Assembly (NCBI GenBank): GCA_035517655.1
Contig: DATIYJ010000044.1
Location: forward strand, 4,215 to 68,214
DNA length: 64,000 bases
Direction of reading: 5' to 3'
DNA from: Nitrospiria bacterium
Lineage (GTDB): Bacteria > Nitrospirota > Nitrospiria > JACQBZ01
A program made the translations under genes and the position numbers. The notes beneath the pieces are model-generated. The model was not told where the DNA came from. It was given only the letters and a program-made list of their open reading frames with translations, and made no database searches. Of this stretch, positions 27,941 through 38,536 are shown in pieces (positions within the stretch are counted from its first letter, which is position 1; each line of letters opens with the position of its first letter).

Positions 27941-29314
27941 TCATGAACCGCCCTTCTCGTGCAACAGCAGCAGGTAAAGGTCATTCACATTCGTTCCCGT
28001 GGGTCCGGTTCGGATCAAGCCGCCCGCCTTTTTAAAGAAATGATACGAATCGTTCCGAGCCAGAAAGCGATCCGGATCGAGTCCCCGGCGCGCGGCCAGC
28101 CGCAGCGTCGTGTCGTCCACCACCGCCCCGGCCGCATCGGTGGGACCGTCCGTTCCATCCGTGCCGAAGGCCGCCAGCGTCGTGGCGTATACTCCCGCAA
28201 TCTCCTTGACGGCCGCCAGCGCCATCTCCTGGCATCGGCCGCCCTTCCCGCGACCCGTCACGGTCACCGTCAACTCTCCGCCCGCGAGCAGACAGGCCGG
28301 GCGGGTCACCGGCATTCCGGTTTCGCTCACTTGGCGCGCGAGCGCTCCAAACAGTTTGGCGGCTTCACGGGCTTCCCCTTGCAGCTGGGTTGTCAAGACG
28401 GCCACATTCATCCCCAACGCGCGGGCCTGCGCTGAAGCCGCCCCAACCGCCGTACGATTATCCCCGATCACAACGTTTCTGACCCTTTGAAATAGCGGAT
28501 CACCGGGCTTCGGTGTTTCCGGGCGCGAACCCCGGCGACCGGCCTCAAGATATCGTTTGACCGCGCGCGGCGCGCCCGGCCATAGACGGTATTTCCTTAA
28601 GACCGTGATCGCGTCGTCGAATCGAGTGGAGTCCGGCGCCGTCGGTCCGGAACCGATCGCCTCCAGCGGGCTCCCGATCACATCCGATAAAATGAGCGAC
28701 ACCACGCGCGCCGGACGGCACCGCGCGGCCAGTTGTCCCCCTTTGAGTCGTGAAAGATGTTTCCGGACGGTGTTTAATTCCTCAATCGTCGCCCCGGCGC
28801 GCAGCAGTTCATCGGTAATCCTGCGTTTGTCCTGAAGCGTTACGCCCTCGACCGGAAACGGCAGCAGGGCCGAGGCGCCCCCGGAAAGAAGGAACAGCAC
28901 CAGATCGTCCGGGTCCAGACCGGTCACAAGATCAACCATCCGTGCGGCCGCGGCGCGGCCGGCACGGTCGGGGATCGGATGACCGGCCCCGCAAATTCGA
29001 ACCCGTTTCAGTGTTTTGAATCGCCGGCCCTTCGTAACCACAAAACCGCATGTAATCCGCGAACCGATAACCGACTCGACGGCCGCGGCCATAGCTGGGG
29101 CGGCTTTTCCGGCCCCGATCACGATCAATCGGCGGATCCGGTCGACCGCATAAACAAATTCTTCGGGCCGGTTATCTCTCTGATCGGTTACAACGAGGCG
29201 GGACCGCTCAAGCCTCAGCGAACGGTCAACCGCCGCGGCTGGATCGGCGGCGCGGAGTGCGGCTTGAAGAAGGAGCCGGACATCGCCCTGCATCAGTGGG
29301 GGACGCGTTCCCAA
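27941..29314 (-). CDS. Glycerate 2-kinase (MOFRL family; hydroxypyruvate reductase-like N-domain)
   Basis: [14 protein letters not shown] and [27 protein letters not shown] match the MOFRL glycerate kinase family. Confidence 0.8.
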   Translation of the reverse strand: MGTRPPLMQGDVRLLLQAALRAADPAAAVDRSLRLERSRLVVTDQRDNRPEEFVYAVDRIRRLIVIGAGKAAPAMAAAVESVIGSRITCGFVVTKGRRFKTLKRVRICGAGHPIPDRAGRAAAARMVDLVTGLDPDDLVLFLLSGGASALLPFPVEGVTLQDKRRITDELLRAGATIEELNTVRKHLSRLKGGQLAARCRPARVVSLILSDVIGSPLEAIGSGPTAPDSTRFDDAITVLRKYRLWPGAPRAVKRYLEAGRRGSRPETPKPGDPLFQRVRNVVIGDNRTAVGAASAQARALGMNVAVLTTQLQGEAREAAKLFGALARQVSETGMPVTRPACLLAGGELTVTVTGRGKGGRCQEMALAAVKEIAGVYATTLAAFGTDGTDGPTDAAGAVVDDTTLRLAARRGLDPDRFLARNDSYHFFKKAGGLIRTGPTGTNVNDLYLLLLHEKGGS

Positions 29315-29937
29315 TCGGAAAGGAATTTCTTCAAACCCACGTCGGTCAGCGGATGTTTGACCAATTGCTGGATCACGGAAAAGGGCATCGTGGCCACATG
29401 GGCGCCGGCCAACGCGGCCTCGACCACGTGTATCGGATGGCGGATGCTCGCGGCCAGGATCTCGGTCTTGTAACCGTAATTGTCATAAATCGTCTTGATC
29501 TGCCGGATGATCTCCATTCCGGATTGGCTGACGTCGTCAAGCCTTCCGATGAACGGACTCATGAAGGTCGCACCGGCCTTGGCCGTCAGCAGCGCCTGCG
29601 AGGGTGAAAAAACCAGGGTCATGTTGACGCGGATGCCTTCGCCCGTCAACCGCTTGCAGGCCTTGAGTCCCTCCAGGATCGTCGGAAGCTTGACCACGAT
29701 ATTTTTGTGGATCTTGGCCAGCTCGCGCCCTTCCTTGAGCATTCCGTCCATATCGACGCTGACCACCTCGGCGCTGATCGGCCCGTTGACGATCCGGCAG
29801 ATCTCTTCCAAAATCGCGCGGAAGGGACGGCCCTCCTTGGACACCAGCGACGGATTCGTCGTCACACCGTCCAGGACTCCCATGTCGGCGGCTTCCTGAA
29901 TCTCCTTGACGTTGGCGGTATCCAGAAAAAATTTCAT
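29293..29937 (-). CDS. Transaldolase / fructose-6-phosphate aldolase (short TalB/Fsa type)
   Basis: [16 protein letters not shown]...GVTTNPSL, with a Schiff-base lysine region. Start at an internal Met. Confidence 0.85.
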   Translation of the reverse strand: MKFFLDTANVKEIQEAADMGVLDGVTTNPSLVSKEGRPFRAILEEICRIVNGPISAEVVSVDMDGMLKEGRELAKIHKNIVVKLPTILEGLKACKRLTGEGIRVNMTLVFSPSQALLTAKAGATFMSPFIGRLDDVSQSGMEIIRQIKTIYDNYGYKTEILAASIRHPIHVVEAALAGAHVATMPFSVIQQLVKHPLTDVGLKKFLSDWERVPH

Positions 29938-29938
29938 G

Positions 29939-30187
29939 TCACCCTCCTTTTTGCAAAAAAACATCCATGCATTCCTGACTGCAGAAATAGTGCGTTTGCC
30001 CGCTCACGTTCTTTTCAAGGGCCCGGCTCTTCGGAACGTACGTGTCGCAGACCGGATCCTTCACCATTTCTCCCCCCGATGCTTCCTTCCGTTTTCGGCG
30101 CCGGACCGACAAATAGGAGACGCCGATCAATAGTTTCGCCACCACGTAGAGCCCGAACAAGAGAATCAGAATGACCAGAGGCCGCAC
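29939..30187 (-). CDS. Small membrane-anchored YHS-domain protein
   Basis: N-terminal TM helix, then DPVCDTYV...THYFCSQEC, which matches the YHS metal-binding domain. GTG start. Confidence 0.55.
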   Translation of the reverse strand: MRPLVILILLFGLYVVAKLLIGVSYLSVRRRKRKEASGGEMVKDPVCDTYVPKSRALEKNVSGQTHYFCSQECMDVFLQKGG

Positions 30188-30195
30188 GGCGCACC

Positions 30196-30822
30196 CTACG
30201 ACTTCTTGATCTCATCCATCTGCTTTCGGACCTCAGCGGCCTTCGGATAATTCGGATGGGTCTTCAACAACGTTTCCCAGGCATTGATCGCGCCGGGCTT
30301 GTCCTGTTTATCCTTCCAAAGAATCAGGCCGACGTTATAGAGCGCCGCCTCATGATCGGGAACTTGTGAGAGCACGGACTTCAGTTCACGCAAGGCCGAG
30401 TCCACATCCTTGACATTGTAATAGCTCGTGGCCAGGTCCGTCCGAACCCCTGCATTCGTCGGGTCGATGTCCAGATACCGCTTATAATAGTCCTTGGCCT
30501 GATCAAACCGATTGATATCGTAATTGGCGTTGCCCAGGAAGAGAAGCGCCTCTTTGTCCTTGGGATTTTTTTCCAGACGCCGTTTGTACTCCATCACCAC
30601 CGACATGAAATGCGCCCCTTGCTCCATCAACGGGTCGCGTCTCGATGGAGAGGGCGTCCCCGCCGCTTGTGTCGGTAGAGAAGAGACTCGTTGTTGAGAC
30701 GGCGCCGCGGAGAGCGGTACGACGGCGGGGTCGGTTGAAGAAAATTTCGAACCGCACCCCGCCAGTCCGCCGATCACCACCGGCAGGACCAGCACGCCCA
30801 AAAATGTTTGAAGACGACCCAC
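30196..30822 (-). CDS. TPR-repeat lipoprotein
   Basis: Signal peptide with lipobox LAGC. TPR-like repeats (ALLFLGNANYD..., AKDYYKRYLDIDP...). Confidence 0.7.
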   Translation of the reverse strand: MGRLQTFLGVLVLPVVIGGLAGCGSKFSSTDPAVVPLSAAPSQQRVSSLPTQAAGTPSPSRRDPLMEQGAHFMSVVMEYKRRLEKNPKDKEALLFLGNANYDINRFDQAKDYYKRYLDIDPTNAGVRTDLATSYYNVKDVDSALRELKSVLSQVPDHEAALYNVGLILWKDKQDKPGAINAWETLLKTHPNYPKAAEVRKQMDEIKKS

Positions 30823-30933
30823 GATTTACTCCGTTTTAGATCACGGCCATCTTATCCGATGCCCCCGGCACTGTCAAGCCGGATGGGCCCAGACATTGAC
30901 AGAGACGGTTCGCCCCTGTAGGCTAGGCCGACG

Positions 30934-31779
30934 ATGACCCGCCGTTCCGGAATGATCCTGATGCTTCTGGCCGCAACCTGCATCGGCGTCCAGGCCTACT
31001 TCGTCAAGCGCGCTTCCGAATATACCGGCGCGGCCGAGATCGCCTTTTTGCGGTTTCTGACCAGTTATCTGATCATTCAAACCGCGACCACGGCCGGCTG
31101 GATCGAGATCCGTCTGGTCAATCGGCGCCTGGTTCTGGCCCGCGGTATCTTGGGCGGCATCGGCAACCTCCTCTATTTCTACGCCATCGCCGCAACGCGC
31201 TTAAGCAACGCCATGGTTCTGCTCTACTCCTATCCCATCTTCGCCAGTCTCTATGCCCAATGGTTGCAGGGGGGCGCTCCGGCGCTTCGGATCGTGATCC
31301 CCCTGTTCGCCTCATTCGCCGGAGTCTATCTGATCGTGGACCCGTCGTTCCATCGCTTGGTCTGGGGCGATCTGCTGGGCCTCGCATCCGGAATGACGGT
31401 CGGCGGCGCGATTGTCTCGCTGAAAGAGTCGCGGAAGACCGACTCGGCCTGGACGATCTTTCACTACTTCAACATCGCCGGGATGGTCCTGAGTCTTCCG
31501 CTCGTGATCGGCCACTGGACCCTTCCCCCGGCCGAAAGCTTGGGACCGCTCGCCGGCGTCGTCGTCTTCTCGATTCTGGGACAAATCGGGATGACGGAGG
31601 CTTTCCGGTACACCACCACGGCCGAAGGAAGCGTCCTTTCGATGTTCGGCGCGGTCGTGGGCAGCGTCTTGGGGATCTGGCTCCTTTCCGAGCCGGCCCG
31701 GCCCGGCTTTCTGATTGGCGCGCTGCTCGTGGTCTTTAGCGGAATCTATCTGACCCTTCGGGGTTCGGACGAATCGTAG
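30934..31779 (+). CDS. EamA/DMT-family transporter
   Basis: Ten predicted TM helices. Duplicated EamA-like halves. Confidence 0.75.
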   Translation: MTRRSGMILMLLAATCIGVQAYFVKRASEYTGAAEIAFLRFLTSYLIIQTATTAGWIEIRLVNRRLVLARGILGGIGNLLYFYAIAATRLSNAMVLLYSYPIFASLYAQWLQGGAPALRIVIPLFASFAGVYLIVDPSFHRLVWGDLLGLASGMTVGGAIVSLKESRKTDSAWTIFHYFNIAGMVLSLPLVIGHWTLPPAESLGPLAGVVVFSILGQIGMTEAFRYTTTAEGSVLSMFGAVVGSVLGIWLLSEPARPGFLIGALLVVFSGIYLTLRGSDES

Positions 31780-31799
31780 AAGCCCGGCACGCCGACCTC

Positions 31800-33614
31800 T
31801 TACGAATCGTTGGCGTTCAACCGCTGAAGCACCGCCTCGGCCCGTTTGCGCGTCATGCCCGAAACGGTCAGGAGATCTTCAACGGACGCCCGCCGAATGG
31901 CATCCAGGCTGCCGAATTTTTTGAGCAGGGCCTTCTTTCGGGCCTCGCCGATTCCTTCCACCTCATCCAACACCGATAGGATTAGTTCCCGTCCGCGGAG
32001 TTTTCGGTGGTAGGTGATCGCGAAACGGTGCGCCTCGTCGCGGATGCGCTGGAGGAGATGCGTCGCGGGCGAGGCCGGCTCCAGAACGATCGGTTCGGAA
32101 GCTTCCGGGAGATAAACCCGTTCAAACTTGTCTCCCTTTTCCTTGGCCAGCCCGATCACATCCCGGTCGGTGATTCCGACGATCCGCATCGCCTCCAAGG
32201 CCGCCGAGAGCTGGCCCTTGCCTCCGTCGATCACCATGAGATCCGGCAACGGCTCTTCCCGCGTCAGCGCCCAGGAATACCAACGGATCAGGACTTCCTT
32301 CATCATCCCGAAATCGTTCGCGCCCTGGATCGTCCGGATTTTGAATTTTCGGTAGGCCGACTTCTTGGGCCGGTTATCCTCCCAGACCACGCGCGATCCG
32401 ACCGCCTGATCGCCCATGATGTTGGAGATATCGAAGGCCTCAATCCTCCGGGGAAGCCGTTGGAGCCCCAAGATCCGCTGGAGCTCCTGGGACGCCGCCG
32501 CGCCGGCCCGACGGACCCGAAAATGGTCTTCGAGCGAGACGCGGGCGTTTTCCTGTGCCAGCGCGACCAACTGCCCCGCCTTTCCCCGTTGCGGCACGGT
32601 CAAATGGACCGTCGCCCCGCGTTTGTCCGACAACCATCGTTCCAGCAAGCCGGCCCCGGCCGGGGAGACCGCCGAAACGACGACCGGCGGAACCAACCCT
32701 TCCTTATCGTAAAACTGCTGGATAAACGCGCTGTAGAGGTCTTCTTCCGACGCATCGCTCACGCCGCTCATGAAGAAATCTTTCCGCCCGACCATCATTC
32801 CACCGCGGATGAACAGCACTTGAAAATCAAGCGCGTCTCCGCCGCGGGCCGTGGCGATGACGTCCAGATCGGCGAAATCGGTCGTTGTGATCCGTTGCCG
32901 TTCCAGCGTCCGTTCGATGTGGGCCACCTGATCGCGTAACCGGGCCGCCTCCTCAAAATTCAGGCGGGCCGCCTCGACCTCCATCCGACCCCTCAACATC
33001 TTCAGCAGTTCGTTATCTTTTCCTTCCAGAAACAGCCTGACCTGTCCCATCATCTCCCGGTAGTCCTCGCGGCTCTGATGACCGGTGCAGGGAGCGAGGC
33101 AACGCTTGATCTCAAACTCGATGCAGGCCCGTTCGGCCGTGCCGTCGATCACAATGTTGCAATTGGGAAGCGGGAAGAGCCTTCGGAGAAGCCGCAGCGT
33201 GTCGCGAAGCGCATGCGTCGGAACGTAGGGCCCGTAATAGAGCGCTCCGTCCGGTTTGACCCGACGGACGATTTCAAGCCTCGGGTAATCGTCCTGAAGC
33301 GGCAGTCGCAGATAGGGGTAGTTCTTGTCGTCCCGAAGAACGACGTTGTATCGCGGACGATGCTTCTTGATCAGGTTATTCTCAAGAATGAGCGCCTCGA
33401 GTTCGGAGGCCGTGACTAGGCATTCCAGGTCCCGAACCTGGGAAACCAGGTGCTGAATGCGGGGCGAGAGCTGGGCGCCCTCTTGAAAATAGGATCGGAC
33501 GCGGTCCGAAAGCGCCTTCGCCTTTCCGATATAGAGAATCGCCCCCCCGCGGCCTTTCATCAGATAAACGCCGGGCTGAGACGGCAGATGGTCCAGTTTT
33601 TGTTGCAGATCCAT
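31800..33614 (-). CDS. uvrC: Excinuclease ABC subunit C
   Basis: N-terminal GIY-YIG (GVYLMKGRGGAILYIGKAKAL). UvrBC-interacting and RNaseH-like regions. C-terminal HhH. 604 aa. Confidence 0.9.
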   Translation of the reverse strand: MDLQQKLDHLPSQPGVYLMKGRGGAILYIGKAKALSDRVRSYFQEGAQLSPRIQHLVSQVRDLECLVTASELEALILENNLIKKHRPRYNVVLRDDKNYPYLRLPLQDDYPRLEIVRRVKPDGALYYGPYVPTHALRDTLRLLRRLFPLPNCNIVIDGTAERACIEFEIKRCLAPCTGHQSREDYREMMGQVRLFLEGKDNELLKMLRGRMEVEAARLNFEEAARLRDQVAHIERTLERQRITTTDFADLDVIATARGGDALDFQVLFIRGGMMVGRKDFFMSGVSDASEEDLYSAFIQQFYDKEGLVPPVVVSAVSPAGAGLLERWLSDKRGATVHLTVPQRGKAGQLVALAQENARVSLEDHFRVRRAGAAASQELQRILGLQRLPRRIEAFDISNIMGDQAVGSRVVWEDNRPKKSAYRKFKIRTIQGANDFGMMKEVLIRWYSWALTREEPLPDLMVIDGGKGQLSAALEAMRIVGITDRDVIGLAKEKGDKFERVYLPEASEPIVLEPASPATHLLQRIRDEAHRFAITYHRKLRGRELILSVLDEVEGIGEARKKALLKKFGSLDAIRRASVEDLLTVSGMTRKRAEAVLQRLNANDS

Positions 33615-33713
33615 AAATCAAATTATAGTCCTCCGCCGCGCCTCAAATCAATTCCGTCGACCCCCTTGCCAGAACCCAGCGCATCTGTTATAGAATAGAT
33701 GCCCAGCGAGCAA

Positions 33714-33773
33714 GGCGAGCGAGAGGGGGAGGCTCCATCCGGCTAGGCCGGTGGAGGGGGCGACGCGAGCCCC
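33714..33773 (+). repeat. Two-block conserved leader motif (copy A) upstream of the VOC gene; block 1 is a bulged hairpin
   Basis: Block 1 at 33714-33756 (GGCGAGCGAGAGGGGGAGGCTCCATCCGGCTAGGCCGGTGGAG) and block 2 at 33759-33773 (GGCGACGCGAGCCCC) are near-identical to 56556-56597 and 56688-56702. Confidence 0.5.
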
Positions 33774-33798
33774 TACAATAGAAGCCACGGAGAGTTGT

Positions 33799-34212
33799 AT
33801 GATTAAAAAACTGCTGCACACCCGGATGCGGGTCAACAACATGGAGGAGACCCTCCATTTTTATCGGGACATTCTGAAACTCGAGGTGGTGGAACGACAC
33901 CTGTCCCCGCGAGGGTCCGAGCTGGCGTTTCTTAAATCGCCGAATAGCGACGAGCTGATCGAGATCTGCTCGTTTCCGGCCAGCGGGAAGGTCCAAGTAC
34001 AGGAGGATCTCATCCACTTGGCCTTTGAGGTGGACGATCTCGATCAGACCATCGCTTATCTCAAAGACAAAGGAATCCCGATTACGGACGGTCCGACCGT
34101 CACCTCATCCGGAAGCCGCTTCTGTTTTATTGACGCCCCGGACCGATACGAGATCGAATTGATCGAGAAAATCAAAAAGAAAAATAAGCCGGTGCGGATC
34201 GGGGCGCCTTAA
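33799..34212 (+). CDS. VOC/glyoxalase-family protein (possibly methylmalonyl-CoA epimerase-like)
   Basis: Duplicated beta-alpha-beta-beta-beta modules with metal-ligand H/E positions. GGAGAG RBS. The specific function is not determinable from sequence. Confidence 0.7.
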   Translation: MIKKLLHTRMRVNNMEETLHFYRDILKLEVVERHLSPRGSELAFLKSPNSDELIEICSFPASGKVQVQEDLIHLAFEVDDLDQTIAYLKDKGIPITDGPTVTSSGSRFCFIDAPDRYEIELIEKIKKKNKPVRIGAP

Positions 34213-34341
34213 CAAGGTCGGATTGATTTTATTGATGGACTCCAGTATGATGGTTGACCTCTTAGGGTAAACCGGCGCTCTGTCCTGCTCTCCCTATTTG
34301 ACGCCCCGGGGAAATTTTAGATCACAGAGGAGTAGACGACG

Positions 34342-35229
34342 ATGTTCTCGGGTTCGATGGTCGCGATTGTCACCCCGTTCAAAAAAGGGAAACTGGATGA
34401 GAAGGCCCTGGCCGATCTTATCGAGGTCCAGATCGCCGGGGGCACATCCGGAATCGTGCCGTGCGGTACAACGGGGGAATCGGCGACGATCAGTCATGAA
34501 GAACACAATCGCATTATCGAGCTGACGGTAAAGATCGTCCACGGACGTGTCCCGGTTATCGCCGGAACCGGCTCGAACAGCACCGAAGAGGCCATCGCAC
34601 TGACGCGCCACGCCAAGAAAGTCGGCGCGGACGCGGCCCTGTTGATCTGTCCCTATTACAACAAACCGCCCCAGGAAGGTCTCTACCGACATTTCAAGAC
34701 CGTGGCCAAGGCGGTGAACCTGCCGTTGATGCCGTACAATATTCCGGGACGGACGGGTGTCAACATGCTTCCGGACACCGTGGCCCGGCTGGTGGACCCG
34801 AAAACCGGCGAGAGGAACATCGTCGCGATCAAAGAATCTTCGGGGTCGTTGCAGCAAATTAGCGAGGTGATCCGGCTGTGCGGCGATCGACTGGCCGTTC
34901 TTTCCGGGGACGACGCCCTGACGCTGCCCATCATGGCTCTCGGCGGACGCGGCGTGATCTCGGTCGCGGCCAACCTTATTCCCAGAGACTGCGCCGAAAT
35001 GGCCAAGGCGGCTCTCAAGGGCGATTGGGACAAGGCGCGACGGCTGCATTTCGGAATGGCTTCCTTAGTCGAGGCCATGTTCATCGAGACGAACCCGATC
35101 CCGGTCAAGACGGCCCTTGGGTGGATGGGTCGATGTTCGGACGAGGTCCGTCTTCCGCTTTGCCCTATGTCCGAGGCCAATCAGGCCGTGCTGAAGAAGA
35201 CGATGAAAGATTACGGACTGACCCGTTAG
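34342..35229 (+). CDS. dapA: 4-hydroxy-tetrahydrodipicolinate synthase
   Basis: IVAIVTPF...GTTGES. Schiff-base Lys region. 295 aa. Confidence 0.9.
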   Translation: MFSGSMVAIVTPFKKGKLDEKALADLIEVQIAGGTSGIVPCGTTGESATISHEEHNRIIELTVKIVHGRVPVIAGTGSNSTEEAIALTRHAKKVGADAALLICPYYNKPPQEGLYRHFKTVAKAVNLPLMPYNIPGRTGVNMLPDTVARLVDPKTGERNIVAIKESSGSLQQISEVIRLCGDRLAVLSGDDALTLPIMALGGRGVISVAANLIPRDCAEMAKAALKGDWDKARRLHFGMASLVEAMFIETNPIPVKTALGWMGRCSDEVRLPLCPMSEANQAVLKKTMKDYGLTR

Positions 35230-35256
35230 AGCGACGAACCCGAAAGACCAGAAACC

Positions 35257-36063
35257 ATGATTAAAGCCATTGTAGTGGGCGCCTCCGGCAAAATGGGCCG
35301 CAGGATTATCAGCCTAATGCAGGACAAGGCCACCGGTCTGATGTTGTCCGCAGCCGTCGAAAAGAAGGAACTTCCTGCGGTCGGCCGCGACGCGGGCGAT
35401 GTAGCAGGCTGCGGGTTCCTGGGAATTCCCATCGTGCCTGCGATCGGCCAGGCCCTGCCGAAGGGCGATGTCGTCATTGATTTTACCGAACCGTCCGGCA
35501 CCCTCGGAATCCTGCCGGAAGTAGCCGAAGCCAAGAAGCCGATCGTGATCGGCACAACCGGTTTTTCAAAAAACGAGACCGATCGGATCCGCAACTTTGC
35601 ACAGCAGATCCCCTGCGTCCTGTCGCCGAACATGAGCGTGGGCGTTAATTTGGTCTTCAAGATCCTGGCCGACACGGCCCGCGTGACCGGCGACGATTAC
35701 GACGTCGAGATCGTCGAGGTGCATCATCGTTTCAAAAAGGACGCCCCCAGCGGCACGGCCCTAAAAATGGCCCAGGTCGTCGCCCGGGCGTTGAACCGGG
35801 ATCTGGACGAGGTGGGTGTTTTTGCAAGAAAAGGGGTGATCGGGGAACGGAAGAAAAAAGAGATCGGCATCCAGTCGTTGCGCGCCGGCGATGTAGTGGG
35901 AGAGCACACCGTGATCTTCGCCGGCCCGGGCGAACGGATCGAGATCATCCATCGCGCTCACAACCGCGATAATTTCGCGCGCGGCGCCCTTCTGGCCGCC
36001 CGGTGGATTGCCGGCCAAGCGCCGGGTTTATACGACATGCAAGATGTTTTGGGACTCAAATAA
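35257..36063 (+). CDS. dapB: 4-hydroxy-tetrahydrodipicolinate reductase
   Basis: N-terminal Rossmann VVGASGKMGR. DapB C-terminal domain. Confidence 0.9.
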   Translation: MIKAIVVGASGKMGRRIISLMQDKATGLMLSAAVEKKELPAVGRDAGDVAGCGFLGIPIVPAIGQALPKGDVVIDFTEPSGTLGILPEVAEAKKPIVIGTTGFSKNETDRIRNFAQQIPCVLSPNMSVGVNLVFKILADTARVTGDDYDVEIVEVHHRFKKDAPSGTALKMAQVVARALNRDLDEVGVFARKGVIGERKKKEIGIQSLRAGDVVGEHTVIFAGPGERIEIIHRAHNRDNFARGALLAARWIAGQAPGLYDMQDVLGLK

Positions 36064-36066
36064 TTC

Positions 36067-36819
36067 GTGAAATTCGTCCGCTTCCGACAGGATAACCGGA
36101 TCGCGTACGGCCTCGTCGAGGGTGAAAACATCCGAACGATCGACGGAGATCCCTTTTCGGGGCACACGCCGACCGACGAGGTCGTTTCGCTGGGATCGGT
36201 CCGTCTTCTCGCCCCCTGCGAGCCTTCCAAGATCGTGGCGGTCGGCGTCAACTATCTGGACCACGCCGCCGAGTTCAAAAAAGAGCTTCCCAAAGAACCG
36301 TTGCTGTTTTTAAAACCGTCGACGTCCGTTCGAGACCCGCAGGAACCGATTCTTCTACCCTCGAGATCGCGCCGCGTGGATTATGAAGCCGAACTGGCCG
36401 TGGTGATCCGTAAACGCGCCGCCCACATCGCTCCGGAAGAAGCTCCGGAATTCATTTTGGGCTACACCTGCATCAACGATGTGACGGCCCGGGATCTTCA
36501 AAAAGAAGACGGTCAATGGACCCGCGCAAAAGGATTTGACACCTTCGCGCCCCTCGGACCCTGGATCGTGACCGATATCAGCCCGGACAACCTGAAAATC
36601 GAAAGCTATCTCAACGGCGAGCGACGCCAATCGGCCAGCACGGCCCAGCTCATTTTCAAGGTGCCGGCCCTCGTGAGTTTCATCTCGGAGGTGATGACCC
36701 TGCTGCCCGGCGACGTCATCGCCACGGGCACGCCGGCCGGCGTCGGTCCCATGAGATCCGGCGATACGATCGAGGTCGTCATCGACGGTATCGGCCGGCT
36801 CATAAACCCGGTTCAATAA
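36067..36819 (+). CDS. Fumarylacetoacetate hydrolase (FAH) family protein
   Basis: FAH fold signature over about 250 aa. GTG start 4 nt after the dapB stop. Confidence 0.8.
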   Translation: MKFVRFRQDNRIAYGLVEGENIRTIDGDPFSGHTPTDEVVSLGSVRLLAPCEPSKIVAVGVNYLDHAAEFKKELPKEPLLFLKPSTSVRDPQEPILLPSRSRRVDYEAELAVVIRKRAAHIAPEEAPEFILGYTCINDVTARDLQKEDGQWTRAKGFDTFAPLGPWIVTDISPDNLKIESYLNGERRQSASTAQLIFKVPALVSFISEVMTLLPGDVIATGTPAGVGPMRSGDTIEVVIDGIGRLINPVQ

Positions 36820-36846
36820 CGATCGGAAAGGAGCGTTTCTTCCTCT

Positions 36847-38016
36847 ATGCCGAAACCCAAGCTTGCGGATCGAATCAAAAACCTCCCGCCCTATCTCTTT
36901 GCGGCGGTCGATCAACTCAAACAGAGGGCGCTGGCCAAGGGAGTGGACCTGATCAACCTCGGAATCGGCGACCCGGACCTCCCCACCCCGGCGACGATCA
37001 TTCGGCGACTTCAACGGGCCGCCGAGGATCCCAAGAACCACCAGTATCCGTCTTACGAGGGTTTGCTGACCTTTCGCCAGGCGGCCGCCGACTGGTATAT
37101 GAGGCGGTTCGGCGTCCGACTCGATCCGAAAACCGAAGTCCTCACCCTGATCGGATCGAAGGAGGGCATCGGCCATGTTCCGTTGGCTTTCATCAATCCC
37201 GGGGACGTGGCCCTCATCCCCGATCCCGGCTACCCGGTCTACCACGCCGGGACCCTCTTCGCCGGAGGGCAATCGCACTTCATGCCGCTCAAAAAAGGAA
37301 ATCATTTCCTGCCGGAATTCGAGCGCATTCCCAAAGCGGTCCTGAAAAAGGCGCGGCTGCTGTTCATCAATTATCCGAACAATCCGACTTCGGCGACGGC
37401 CGGGAAGGAATTTTTCAAAGAAGCGATCCGGTTTGCCCGTCGGCACAAGCTGATCGTCTGCCACGACAACGCGTATTCCGAGGTTTACTTCGACGGCGAG
37501 CGGCCGATGAGTTTCCTGGAGCTGGAGGGGGCCAAGGAAGTGGGAATCGAGTTTCATTCCTTATCGAAAACCTTCAATATGACCGGATGGCGGATCGGCT
37601 TCGCGGTAGGGAATCCCCAAATCCTGGCCGCGCTGGGCCGGGTCAAGAGCAACCTCGACTCCGGAGTCTTCCAGGCCGTCCAGGAGGCCGGGATCGAGGC
37701 CCTGAACCTGAGGGAGTCGGCCACGGAGGAAATCCGGAAGATCTATCAGGAACGACGGGACACGCTGGTCTCGGGCCTGTTGGGCCTCGGCCTGTCGGTC
37801 GATCCGCCCAAGGCCACGTTTTACGTCTGGGTCGGCGTTCCGAAGGGCTTCACCGCGATGAAATTCACGATGCACCTTCTGGACCGGGCCGGAATCGTCA
37901 CCACCCCCGGATCGGGTTTCGGTAAATCCGGCCAGGGATATATACGGATGGCGTTGACCGTTCCCAACGAACGACTCATGGAAGCGGTCGGCCGCATGGA
38001 GCGGTTGTTGTCATGA
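36847..38016 (+). CDS. dapL: LL-diaminopimelate aminotransferase (DapL-type class I aminotransferase)
   Basis: N-terminus IKNLPPYLFA. PLP-lysine region SLSKTFNMTGWR. In the dapA/dapB neighbourhood. Confidence 0.8.
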   Translation: MPKPKLADRIKNLPPYLFAAVDQLKQRALAKGVDLINLGIGDPDLPTPATIIRRLQRAAEDPKNHQYPSYEGLLTFRQAAADWYMRRFGVRLDPKTEVLTLIGSKEGIGHVPLAFINPGDVALIPDPGYPVYHAGTLFAGGQSHFMPLKKGNHFLPEFERIPKAVLKKARLLFINYPNNPTSATAGKEFFKEAIRFARRHKLIVCHDNAYSEVYFDGERPMSFLELEGAKEVGIEFHSLSKTFNMTGWRIGFAVGNPQILAALGRVKSNLDSGVFQAVQEAGIEALNLRESATEEIRKIYQERRDTLVSGLLGLGLSVDPPKATFYVWVGVPKGFTAMKFTMHLLDRAGIVTTPGSGFGKSGQGYIRMALTVPNERLMEAVGRMERLLS

Positions 38017-38534
38017 CGGAACCCGTGATCGCCTATATCGGCATCGGCTCCAACATGGGCGACCGTCAAGCCTACTGTCAAGAGGCGGTCCGTCTCATTT
38101 CCCGTTTTCCTAAAACCTCGCTCACCGCGGTTTCATCCTTGTATGAGACCGCTCCACTGGAGCGGACAAACCAGGACTGGTTCATTAATTGCGTCATGGC
38201 CATCCGAACGACCCTCTCTCCGCGAGACCTGCTTCAGGCCTGCCAGGAGGTGGAGCAGTTCCTCGGCCGAAAGCGGACCGTTCGCTTCGGACCGCGGACC
38301 ATCGATCTGGACATTCTTTTTTACGGCAACAGGACCTTTCAGGAATCCGGTCTGACGATCCCGCACCCCCGAGCGCATCAACGGCGCTTCGTCTTGGTGC
38401 CGCTGGCCGAGATCGCGCCGGAGCTGGAGCATCCGTCTCTTCATAAGACCGCGGTGGAGCTTCTGCAAGGGATCAAGGACAGTCAAGAGGTCCGCCGATG
38501 GGCGCCGTTTTCGCTTGAACAGAAGGCCGGATAA
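38013..38534 (+). CDS. folK: 2-amino-4-hydroxy-6-hydroxymethyldihydropteridine pyrophosphokinase (HPPK)
   Basis: IGSNMGDR...RFGPRTIDLDILFYG HPPK signatures. Confidence 0.85.
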   Translation: MTEPVIAYIGIGSNMGDRQAYCQEAVRLISRFPKTSLTAVSSLYETAPLERTNQDWFINCVMAIRTTLSPRDLLQACQEVEQFLGRKRTVRFGPRTIDLDILFYGNRTFQESGLTIPHPRAHQRRFVLVPLAEIAPELEHPSLHKTAVELLQGIKDSQEVRRWAPFSLEQKAG

Positions 38535-38536
38535 CC

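Noticed and set aside
36355-37557. 400-aa ORF on the - strand
   Set aside because: Antisense to the FAH and dapL genes.
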